64,000 nucleotides of DNA from Amoebophrya sp. A120. Lineage: Eukaryota > Protista > Dinoflagellata. Shown piece after piece: positions 26,001 to 33,374 of the stretch. Position 1 is the first letter of the stretch. Every line of letters starts with the position of its first letter. The DNA is taken from positions 6,187,207 through 6,251,206 of the forward strand of contig CAJINV010000005.1 of the NCBI GenBank assembly GCA_905178155.1, written 5' to 3'. The notes beneath the pieces were generated by a model. That model worked only from the letters and a program-made list of their open reading frames with translations, searched no databases and was not told the DNA's origin. Position numbers and translations under genes: made by a program.

Positions 26001-29000
26001 TGCCGCCGGCGCCGTATCAAATGCAAAAATGTCTGGGTCTGGAAGAATACAGACCTGTGGTGCGCATTTCAGAACACAGAAAAATCTCCCATGCATAGGC
26101 AGCAAAAGCTGCCCACTTTCTGTCACCAAAATGGGGAATTTGTCATGCGGATTCGGCATTGCGGAACAAGCTTCTGGAAACCTGTGATGCTAGAGCTTCC
26201 ATGCCAGACCTTCTGTGTCATGCAAAAACAGCATGACGCTTCCAGACCCAGACATTTTTACATTTGATACGCCGTCGCCCTGGAATAAATAGCCGGCTTG
26301 TTCCTCGTCGTTTCTCTTCTGGTACGCTGACGGGCCGCTGTTATCCCACAGAAAAAAGCCGACAGGTCACATTTGTAATGCAAAAATAAATACACAATAG
26401 AAATCTGTATTGCGTAGCCTAAACAGCATGCTATGAGGCCGCCCATGACAGATTTTTTTCTGTATTTATTTTTGCATTACAAATATGCCCTGCCAGCTTT
26501 TTTCTGTGGGATAGCTGTAGGCAGATGAAAAGTGGTCCTCCCGGTCGCGGGGGCCATCGTCCCCGTAGAAGTTGTCGTCCAGAAACGTGTATGAACTGCA
26601 AATATGTCTGAGTCTGGGAGATTGCGAGATTTGTCATGCTAGTCTGGCATGACTCTAAACTCTGTATTGCGTGCCCGCGCAGACGAGCTTTTCTTGTCTG
26701 TCATGCAAAAACGCAGTTTCTCATGCGGAGTACGCAACTCTGAACCACGGAAAAACTTGTCATGCTGGGCAGCGCATTCCAGTGCGCTCACTCTTCCCTT
26801 TCTTGCATCACATCGGAGGTCTTGCATCACAAGTTTCCAGACCCAGAAATGTATGAATTGCATAACGTGCTATTGTTGGCATCTTCTTGAGGGAAAAAAT
26901 CTTGGCTCCTGTTGTTCAGTTTCTGCGCCGTGGCCTGCAGCATCTCCTCCAGCTCAGGCGTTATGATGTTCTCAAATGTTACATTCTCAACTGTTACATG
27001 AATTTGTAATGCAAGACTGGCGAAAGTGAAAGGAGGAAGATTGTGCCTCTTGCATATACAAGTTTGGCGTAGATTTAGATGCTGTCTAGCTCTCCCGATT
27101 TTTGTCATGCGAAGCAGCTCGATCATCTGCCGGCTTAAGGTACTTTCATGTAACTAACAGTTGAGAATGTACTTAACGTTTGAGAACGCCATAGCCGTTT
27201 CCGTGTTGTTTCGGATCGCCGCCTGGATTTCGTCCAGCTGCGCCCGCCCTCCTTCGGTTGCCGTATTCTGTGCAACTACAGTATCGCGCTCGTAGTATTA
27301 TAAATCGCAGTCATGCATTGCAAATCTGCATCACAAGGTAAAACAGCATGACAAATTGCAGATGATCTCATGCTGAGCAAATCCAAATTTGTAGTGCCAT
27401 GTATTATATGCGATTTGATATACTAGTACGATACTTCTTCTTTTGCAATGGTTATGCCGCCAGTTGCGACAACAAAGCCCGGTGCCCAAACAGCCCTGCT
27501 GTGTTGTCTGGCTTTCCCTCCCCGCCCGCTGCACGAGGCTGCTCGATGTGCCCCCGTCCTCCTAGAGACGCCGGCGCCTCCTCCTGCCGTGGGCGCGGCT
27601 GAATCTTTATGCCTGGCGTTGCGTGTGGTTGCAGTAGCGAAAGGGCCCGCAGAAACAGCGGCTGCAGGTGCTTGTTCTGCAAAGCTGCGCCCACAAAGTG
27701 CCGCACGGATATGGCATGCTCAGCTGGATGAACAATCTCAACTGAAACTACGAATGCAACTGCAAGTCGTAAATTTGTCTTGCATAAAAGGGCAACAACA
27801 GAGCCAGAGTCTCGTCTGCTTGCAGCTCCAGGTCTTTTACATGACAAATTTTGTACGGATTATAAATCAAAATCATGCCAATGGTGGGCTCGTGTGTAAA
27901 GAAATCAAACAAGATTTTTCATGCTAGACTCTATGTCAGCCACACAGGTCATTTGCATTTTATTTGCATTCGAAAAACAAAAAAAAAGTCTCCATCTGAA
28001 AACTTTCCCTCTGAGCAGGCCATAATGTAGGACCGCGCCTTCTTATGCTGTGCAAAAGTATCGCACTCGTTTAAATGCAAGCCTTGCATTACAAATCTTG
28101 TTCCCAAGGCAAATCTGCATTACAAATTTTATTTCTCATGCTGATGAACTTTGTAATGCATTTATACGAGTACGATACTTTTGCAGTTCATACTTCTGTT
28201 TCCAATACGACGCCATGGATGGGGAGGCTGTACTATGAACTGCAAAAGTATCGCACTCGTATATTTGCATTACAAACTTCCTCAGCATGAGAAATAAAAT
28301 TTGTAATGCGGATTTACCTTAGCGTAATGCATGATTGCCATACGAGTACGATACTTTTGCACGGGATATGTACTGCCGCCCGACGAAACAACTACCGGCG
28401 GCGCGTGGTCGTCGTGCTGGGTCGACTATCCTGTGCAAAAGTATCGCACTCGTATTGCGATCATGCATTACAAATCTTTTTCTTAAGGTCAATCCACATT
28501 ACAAATTTTTTTTCATGCTGAGGAAATTTGTAATGCATTTATACGAGTACGATACTTTTGCAATTCATAGGGTCGACGTTCCATTTGCTTTTTTTGGAGA
28601 AGCTAGTCCTGCCGGAACGACGTTGTCTTTTATTTGTTGGACAGGAGCGGCAACATTTTGTCTTTTTACTTCATCTTATCAAATGTAAAAATGTCTGGGT
28701 CTGGAAACTTGTGATGCTGGGTGGCGTATCATGATGAGGCCACAGGTGCTGGCTCAGCATGACAAGTTTCTGAGCTTCTAGGCGTTGCCTATTTTGCATG
28801 ACAAAATGCGTTTCTGCATGACAGAAAAGTGGAGCTCTTTGGTAACGTGCATGACAGACTCAAGAGTCATGCCAGACAAGCATGACAAACATGCATTCTT
28901 CCAGACCCAGACATTTTTACATTTGATACATCTTGTTCCTGCGCGCCGAAGAAGGACGCAGAGCCTGAACTGCTTGCTCTTCGTGAAAATGCTTCTTTGC

Positions 29001-29769
29001 GAAGCTTGGTCTTGGTCCTCCCCTCCGCGTCATCATCTAGTTTTATTTCCGATTGCTGTAGTTCAACACCAGCATCAACCGAGTGATCACGACGACCATG
29101 TTATCAAAATGAAAAATCCCCCCTCCCCATATCAAAATGAAAATTTCTGACGCTGATTTGCGTACACCAATCCGACTTGTCTCGCAGTAAGGCACTGCGG
29201 CCAAATCCGCACCTAAGGCGGGAGCGCTCAGGTCTAGCTGTTCAGCATTGCAAACGGCTACCCTCTAGGATCAACAGCATGCCAAATCGCTTCCACAATT
29301 GGGCGGAATCCTCTGCAACTTGTCTTCTTGCAAGACAAACCTGCTTTGTGGTCACACATCAGCAACACAATAAATTTTCGAAAACATACCTTTTCAATAT
29401 GGGGAGGGGGGATTTTTCCTCTCAATACATGTTGGAGGACGCGGCCAGGATGTTGTTGGACATCATGATCAACATCATCTACTCCCTCGTCCTCTTCATG
29501 ATTCCTTTCATTTACATTTTCTTCCACCCCGGGATCCAGATCTCCTAGCTGGGCTCGGCGTTTCGTCTTCGCTGAGACCGCCCGCGCCTGGACGCCCAGA
29601 CCGTCGAGAAAGCTGGCTCCTTTGGAATTGGAAGATGATCTGTGGTCCTCGAAACGTCGGTGGTCGCGGTCGCCATGGTAAAAATCGCGACGCTCATGAG
29701 GAAAAAAAATTGATCCCATATCGCCTTCGCGGGGGGTTGCGGTTGAGGAGGTGGACCCGCCACTGAAAA
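5040..29769 (-). CDS. Giant Cys-rich modular repeat protein (about 2,900 aa or more; low-complexity N-terminal part, Cx..CC repeat modules, C-terminal PAN/apple-like domain); likely secreted or surface; about 55 non-canonical introns
   Basis: Hand-splicing the TIR elements joins exons in one frame, e.g. ELYPPP-DDVNNFC, NQVKT-WAHLQC, GFVAN-WLDV, PDGC-SNEW, NEA-CDNNP, VLQH-GRRD. C-terminal CLDWCARDSDCKGIAF...NCIAK is PAN-like. Junctions at ~6150-6710 and the 5' end are unresolved. Confidence 0.88.
5351..5560. mobile_element. Introner, TIR type D
   Basis: tatcccacgaaaaaactgtttcactgtg ... cacagtgaaacagttttttcttgcgata; DR gtcag/gtcag; frame restored. Confidence 0.9.
5568..5718. mobile_element. 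Introner, TIR type A
   Basis: tatgaaatgcaa...ttgcatttcata; DR caggt/caggt; frame restored. Confidence 0.88.
5801..6075. mobile_element. Introner, TIR type B
   Basis: gtctgggtc/gacccagac arms; DR ttgca/ttgca; gives VKGC-KPPQ. Confidence 0.9.
6499..6704. mobile_element. Atypical inverted-repeat intron-like element without TAT/ATA ends
   Basis: aactcctcctccgcctc...gagggggaggagtgggagtt flanked by gtgcac on both sides; carries the tttgtcatgc motif; exact junction unresolved. Confidence 0.55.
7036..7205. mobile_element. Introner, TIR type E
   Basis: tatcacgcagaaaaaagcag...ctgcttttctctctgggata; DR aagtt/gagtt; YHCN-FTDY; homologous to 26342-26513. Confidence 0.9.
7402..7547. mobile_element. Introner, TIR type A
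   Basis: DR agctt/agctt; GDQ-ATCC. Confidence 0.92.
7611..7863. mobile_element. Introner, TIR type B
   Basis: DR tggtc/tggtt; PNAN-HANLRC. Confidence 0.9.
7947..8185. mobile_element. Introner, TIR type C
   Basis: tatggcgttctcaa...ttgagaacgccata; DR aggtg/aggag; frame restored. Confidence 0.92.
9710..9939. mobile_element. Introner, TIR type D
   Basis: DR acgtt/acgtt; empty paralogous site at 8265-8269. Confidence 0.93.
10349..10630. mobile_element. Introner, TIR type F
   Basis: tatcacatgtaaaaaggtccccacccc...ggggtgggggcgtttttactcaggata; DR gggtg/gggta; LAY-PTT. Confidence 0.9.
10672..10824. mobile_element. Introner, TIR type A
   Basis: DR caatt/caatt; FVAN-WLDV. Confidence 0.92.
10915..11205. 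mobile_element. Introner, TIR type F
   Basis: Left end AAT variant; DR taccg/tgccg; ETCG-TSSE. Confidence 0.87.
11288..11528. mobile_element. Introner, TIR type C
   Basis: DR atcac/gtcaa (3/5); frame restored. Confidence 0.85.
11672..11776. mobile_element. Introner, TIR type H (105 bp, shortest clear copy)
   Basis: tatccaggaaa...tttcctggata; DR caggc/caggt; GVT-CSD. Confidence 0.88.
12025..12174. mobile_element. Introner, TIR type A
   Basis: DR gtgct/gtgct; FDAS-TQL. Confidence 0.92.
12211..12490. mobile_element. Introner, TIR type B
   Basis: DR agttg/agctg; frame restored. Confidence 0.88.
13690..13953. mobile_element. Introner, TIR type B
   Basis: DR ccggg/ccggg; GAC-PAGY. Confidence 0.93.
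14001..14176. mobile_element. Introner, TIR type A
   Basis: DR gtgcc/gtgcc; right end GTA variant; SEA-LCCR. Confidence 0.9.
14628..14862. mobile_element. Introner, TIR type C
   Basis: TIR of more than 30 bp; DR acctt/acctt; NGK-VHV. Confidence 0.93.
15190..15339. mobile_element. Introner, TIR type A
   Basis: Left end TCT variant; DR gcgtg/gcgta; KCS-TLDC. Confidence 0.88.
15345..15900 (-). repeat. Coding tandem repeat, ~114-117 bp (38-39 aa, 6 Cys) units
   Basis: CDSLTCxAGTHHKDxAxxxFCExESCGxxDQxTCCEASAS repeated about 3-4 times. Confidence 0.85.
15406..15563. mobile_element. Introner, TIR type A
   Basis: DR ctcat/ctcat; CEN-ESC; neighbouring repeat units carry the empty site. Confidence 0.92.
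16099..17459. mobile_element. Expanded introner, TIR type F, with ~0.95 kb foreign insert
   Basis: F arms at both ends; DR ccgcg/ccgcg; KGT-AANT; foreign sequence starts with a T-run at ~16144. Confidence 0.85.
17506..17813. mobile_element. Introner, TIR type J
   Basis: ~40-bp TIR tatggaagtgtcaggtttgaaatcgacaaagttgaaataa; DR ctgca/ctgca; DGC-SNEW. Confidence 0.92.
18011..19201. mobile_element. Expanded introner, TIR type K, with ~0.9 kb insert
   Basis: ~50-bp TIR (aaatgagtgatctt..tgctccta); DR cagaa/cagaa; ARCF-WQD. Confidence 0.87.
19258..19500. mobile_element. Introner, TIR type C
   Basis: DR ctgca/ctgca; interior reversed relative to 7947-8185. Confidence 0.92.
19546..19698. mobile_element. 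Introner, TIR type A
   Basis: Left end GAT variant; DR gtgcg/gcgcg. Confidence 0.87.
19762..20001. mobile_element. Introner, TIR type D
   Basis: DR cctga/cgtga; frame restored. Confidence 0.88.
20049..20182. mobile_element. Introner, TIR type A
   Basis: DR gtttc/gtttc. Confidence 0.92.
20237..20385. mobile_element. Introner, TIR type A
   Basis: Near-perfect TIR tatcctgtgcaaaagtatcgta; DR aatgt/agtgt. Confidence 0.92.
20443..20591. mobile_element. Introner, TIR type A
   Basis: DR tgaat/tgaat; KDG-FTW. Confidence 0.92.
20635..20898. mobile_element. Introner, TIR type B
   Basis: DR ccgat/ccgat; GYGI-GDI. Confidence 0.92.
20918..21187. mobile_element. Introner, TIR type B
   Basis: DR aaaca/gaaca; CPV-FGY. 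Confidence 0.9.
21248..21514. mobile_element. Introner, TIR type B
   Basis: DR cacgc/cacgc; CNEA-CDN. Confidence 0.92.
21551..21872. mobile_element. Introner, TIR type G
   Basis: ggaaaaatcccccctccccatatc arms; DR ttttg/ttttg; EDG-KNC. Confidence 0.92.
21930..22191. mobile_element. Introner, TIR type B
   Basis: DR gccga/gccga. Confidence 0.92.
22257..23874. mobile_element. Introner, TIR type C, containing a nested MITE
   Basis: C arms at both ends; DR gagag/gagaa; frame restored. Confidence 0.88.
22414..23778. mobile_element. Non-autonomous DNA transposon (PIF/Harbinger-like MITE) nested in an introner
   Basis: ~120-bp TIRs starting gagtggggtaacaaacctcccacc; TAA duplicated at 22411-22413 and 23779-23781; removal restores host motif aaatttgtaatgcaag. 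Confidence 0.88.
23983..24248. mobile_element. Introner, TIR type B
   Basis: DR tacgg/tacgg; reverse-complement homolog of 26015-26269. Confidence 0.92.
24297..24436. mobile_element. Introner, TIR type A
   Basis: DR gctgc/gctgc. Confidence 0.92.
24462..24742. mobile_element. Introner, TIR type B
   Basis: DR ctgca/ctgca; FAC-RPL. Confidence 0.9.
24786..25110. mobile_element. Introner, TIR type G
   Basis: DR cgggc/cgggt; LRN-PSV. Confidence 0.9.
25178..25448. mobile_element. Introner, TIR type B
   Basis: DR cactg/cactg; APS-SVA. Confidence 0.92.
25620..25941. mobile_element. Introner, TIR type G
   Basis: DR tgcag/tgcag. Confidence 0.92.
26015..26269. mobile_element. Introner, TIR type B
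   Basis: Near-perfect ~30-bp TIR; DR cgccg/cgccg. Confidence 0.93.
26342..26513. mobile_element. Introner, TIR type E
   Basis: Perfect 18-bp TIR tatcccacagaaaaaagc; DR gctgt/gctgt. Confidence 0.93.
26590..26864. mobile_element. Introner, TIR type B
   Basis: DR acgtg/acgtg; NNS-TFL. Confidence 0.9.
26962..27193. mobile_element. Introner, TIR type C
   Basis: DR ggcgt/gccgt. Confidence 0.88.
27264..27454. mobile_element. Introner, degenerate TIR type A
   Basis: DR tgccg/tgccg; QLA-ATE. Confidence 0.85.
27710..28024. mobile_element. Introner, TIR type L
   Basis: tatggcatgctcag...ctgagcaggccata; DR acgga/atgta (3/5); frame restored. Confidence 0.72.
28044..28192. mobile_element. Introner, TIR type A
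   Basis: DR cttct/cttct. Confidence 0.92.
28234..28368. mobile_element. Introner, TIR type A
   Basis: DR tgtac/tgtac. Confidence 0.92.
28427..28569. mobile_element. Introner, TIR type A, with 8-bp direct repeat
   Basis: gggtcgac at 28419-28426 and 28570-28577. Confidence 0.9.
28677..28928. mobile_element. Introner, TIR type B
   Basis: Perfect ~30-bp TIR; DR catct/catct. Confidence 0.93.
29102..29427. mobile_element. Introner, TIR type G
   Basis: DR catgt/catgt; VLQ-HGR. Confidence 0.92.
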
Positions 29770-30256
29770 TATGCAATGTAAAAGCATCGATCGTACTAGT
29801 GGTTTTCGATAAATATGTTGACAAGTTGTACAAAAAATTTTTTTCGGAATCCAAACTGAAATTTGTCATGCTCATGCGCAATCTTCAGACCTACGAGATG
29901 TATTTGTCATCTCCATTTGTCATACCAGTAGACAAGCACAAATTATTTCGATGCGGTGGATACAAAAACTGGTCCTGCAACACCAACGCGGTCGAAGCGC
30001 AGGTACAGAAAACACCGGACGCGGTTATGCAGGTTTTTTCAGCTGGAACAAAGACTCAAAAAGTGGAACCATCAATGGAATGCATAAAGTTGTCCTGCAT
30101 AGATACAAAGAGGTGCAGCTTTAGTTCGAGTTTCGTTTGCTCTGCATGACGTCGAATTTGAGTACCGATTTCAATGCGGGGGGGTCGGAGTGTCGCTAGT
30201 TTGTTTATGCTAGACCCGCTTACAGGTACGTCACCTAGTACATTTTGCATCGCAAA

Positions 30257-32460
30257 TCATTCTACCCCTTGAAGAGATGACTGTTCCATCTTCGCAGGCC
30301 ATAACGGTCGCGCAGGTGGAACAGGATGAGGATGAAGGGCTCGGCCCAGCGAGACCCGGTGGTCGTCCCCGACGTGGTGGAAAGGTATATCAAATTAGAA
30401 AAGTCCTCAGCTGTATTTTTCCTCATAGGGCCAAAAAAAAAAAAATTTGCGCGGGTTTTTATGTATCAGAACCAGGCCCACCCTTCAGGAGGTTCTCCGG
30501 GATAGGGTACAGCCTCCATCTATCAGGCTGCATTGCGATGGTGTTTGGGATACGAAAAGCAGACCAATTGAAGCCAATCACGGCGGCAGTGCAAAAAGAA
30601 AAACAGCACACCGTCGCGCTTGAGCAAAAAGTGACCCCGTGTGGCCACCGTAGCATCGGTAATTGAATGCAAAAAAAGCTTCTCCCACTGCTACCGTATT
30701 TGTGCTCACTCTCCTTCCTGACCCTAGGAAAAGCTATGATTTATAGCATCAAAGTGAGCTGCTTTTTGAGAGAGTTCTGATCCAGAGCTCCGTCGTGGAA
30801 GTCATTTGTACTCATAGCAAAAAAAAATGAGTACTCATAGCAAGGTTTCGGACGTCAAAATGCCAAGGATTTTGATCAAAAAAGCAGCTTTTTTTTGCAA
30901 AAAAAGCATCTTTTTTGCCTTCTCCGCATTACAGCCTCGACGGTCCGAGTCACAATTCTGGCCAACTGAGGCACTTCTTGGCCATGCTTTTCAGCGCCAT
31001 ACCGTCGCGATGAGTCCTCTTTTTCAAAGCAATCCCATCACTCACAAATAAGCAGCAGGCGCATAATTTCCGAACTTGCCGTGAATTGCTTTCCGCTTGG
31101 GCGATGCTACACGCCTTGAGTTCTGATCTACAAATATGCTTGAAATTTATTTTTTTTTGCCCTATGAGGAAAAATACAGCTGAGGATGTTTCTCATGTGA
31201 TAAGGTAATATCGGCATTTATTTCTCGGCACAGACTACAACAGTTATGTTGCTGTTGGTGTTTCTTACTCTTCCGCTTGCTGCATTTGAACTTGTTGATG
31301 TTCTTGCGAGGGCAATTTGTTCGTGAAAACGACGCGCCTCCAGCCGGTCGGTTATTTGCGGCAGCTTTTGAAGATTCTGTAGTGGAAGATGTTTGTGGTT
31401 TTCTTGCGCGGAAGACGTAGTTATTCCTGTTCAATAAGTTGTTTTCAGACGAGTCAAAATCAATTTTTCCCGCCGTTGACTCCTCCTCAACATTCTGCTG
31501 CTCCCAGAAGTTGTAGTCCACAGACGACCCCGCGCGACTGCTGGGTCCTCCTCGTTTCAATATTTGTCCCGCAGCAAATCGAACCGGAGGACCAACACGG
31601 GCCGCACAGGTGCAGCAGGATAAAAAAAGCTCCTCCTGGGGAGCTTGTTGCTCTGGCTCGACGAGGGCCACATCTTCACCGTTTACTTCTTCTTCTGGTC
31701 GTTCACCTCGTCGGGGTGCAGCAGGTTGTTGTTCAACATCTACTACATCTTTGGCAGGGGTAGATGAACCGGATGAACCGGATGAATCCACCATCTTGTT
31801 CGTGGTAAAACTCTTTTGCCCGAGATCTTTGTGGTAGTCATTCTTGTCGCCGCGGGGTGGTAGAAGCCGCTCTTCGACGTCATCCTCCTCCCGCGGAATC
31901 GGGGCGGGAACAAGGGCGTCGGTTTTTACATCAACGTCTCCTAGCTTCTCTTGGGATGATGATGATGAAGATGAACCCGATGGTCGTCCCCGACCTGATG
32001 GAAAGGTAATATCGGCATTTATTTCTTGGCACAGACTACAACAGTTATGTTGCTGTTGGTGTTTCTTCTTCTTGTTCTTCTGCTTGCTGCACTTGTTGAT
32101 GTTATTCTTGCGACGGCAATAATTTGTTCGTGAAAATGACCACGCGCCTCCAGCCGGTCGGTTATTTGATGCATCAACGTCTCCTAGCTGCTCTTGGGAT
32201 GATGAAGATGAGCCACCACGTCCTCGCGCCATCATCCTTGTACGAGACAAGATGAGGCTGGTACTGGTACTGGTGTTCGTGTTGGTGCTGCCCCTGCTCC
32301 CGGTCCTCGTCCTCCCGTGGTTTTCGTGATCTACTTCTACCACAACTGATGTTTCTGTTGTGTTGTAAGAAGCACTTCTACTGCAGCAGCTCCGGTGTGC
32401 CTGTGGTTGTTCCCGTGACGATCTTCTATGTCGTGGGACGACTGCCATGTTGATCTTCAC
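30257..32460 (-). CDS. Low-complexity coding exons, probably the 5' part of the giant Cys-rich gene
   Basis: 432-aa ORF 31162-32460 continues in frame (INADIT-FPPRRGRPPG) after removing introner 30388-31202. The link across 29770-30256 is not resolved. Confidence 0.5.
30388..31202. mobile_element. Long introner (815 bp), TIR type M
   Basis: ~60-bp TIR (tcctcagctgtatttttcctcatagggc); DR aggta/aggta; empty paralogous site aaaggtaatatc at ~32002-32013. Confidence 0.88.
31203..32167 (-). repeat. Internal coding duplication (~160 bp; 31203-31358 vs ~32004-32167)
   Basis: NNRPAGGA(W)SFSRTN...KHQQQHNCCSLC(Q/R)EINADITF occurs twice. Confidence 0.85.
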
Positions 32461-32819
32461 GAAGTACAGGAGTGCCCCCGGCCCCGCGGGGTGGTCGCTC
32501 TTACAACTGGGCCAACACCTCCTCGCCGAACTGTTCGGATATTCAACTTGACCTGGTTGTTCTGGAGAAAAAAACTACTGAGTCGCGTCGTGTAGTCAGT
32601 CAGCTAGCTTGACCTCGTTGTCCGAGCTCCTTCTACTTTTTCAGATTTCATGTCACTTCTATCCTTTTCCTTGGTTTTGAGGTCAAGCCCTCGCTAGTCA
32701 AGGGTGTCACTTTTTACTTACTGCTGCAGCTTCAAAAAAATTACTCCGGATCTTTGTCCATCGTGATCTTGGTTCGGCTGCTCGTCCCGCGAGAAAGAAC
32801 TTTGCTTCCCGGGGAGTTT

Positions 32820-33084
32820 TATGCATTGCAAATATGTCTGGGCCTGGAACAGTTGGAGTTTGTCGTGCAGGTTCTATATGGTCCAGAAATTCAAATTCTT
32901 CATTGCGGGGCACAGCATCACAACTGGTTCTGCAAAAGAAATCCCCTCCCAGGGAGGCCAAAAGTGGACAGGCACAGATTTATTTGCTACTCGTGCATTA
33001 CAGATTTTTGAAAAACCTGTAACTGACAGGGAGCGTCACAAGTTCCAATCGTTCCAAAGGCCCCAGACCTATTTGCACTGGATA
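32820..33084. mobile_element. Introner, TIR type B (diverged)
   Basis: tatgcattgcaaatatgtctggg...cccagacctatttgcactggata; DR agttt/cgttt. Confidence 0.82.
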
Positions 33085-33374
33085 CGTTTTGTCACTTCGT
33101 CGTCGAAAAATTCCCGTTTATTTCTTCTGAAAACGAAAAGGTTGCTGCTGCAACGAACGTGACTACACAACGCTTGTGGAAGAAGCCATCTTGTCTTTTT
33201 TGGATAAAATACGCTTACTTAGTGTCTTGGTCTTGCCAAGGTCAAAATCAAATGAAAACATAAACAAAGAGAAAATACATAGATAGAGAAGTATGTAAAG
33301 TCGAATGAATAAAGAGTCGTGAAGAAGTGAGTGCCTCTACATCGTGGTCGCCAATGGGTGGTATTTTTCCAATA

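Noticed and set aside
19258-29427. Alternating repeats and short unique segments resembling a CRISPR or cassette array
   Set aside because: The unique segments join into one reading frame, so they are exons.
29770-30256. Type-A-like left arm at 29770
   Set aside because: No matching right arm or direct repeat found, so not annotated; the gene link across this region is unresolved.
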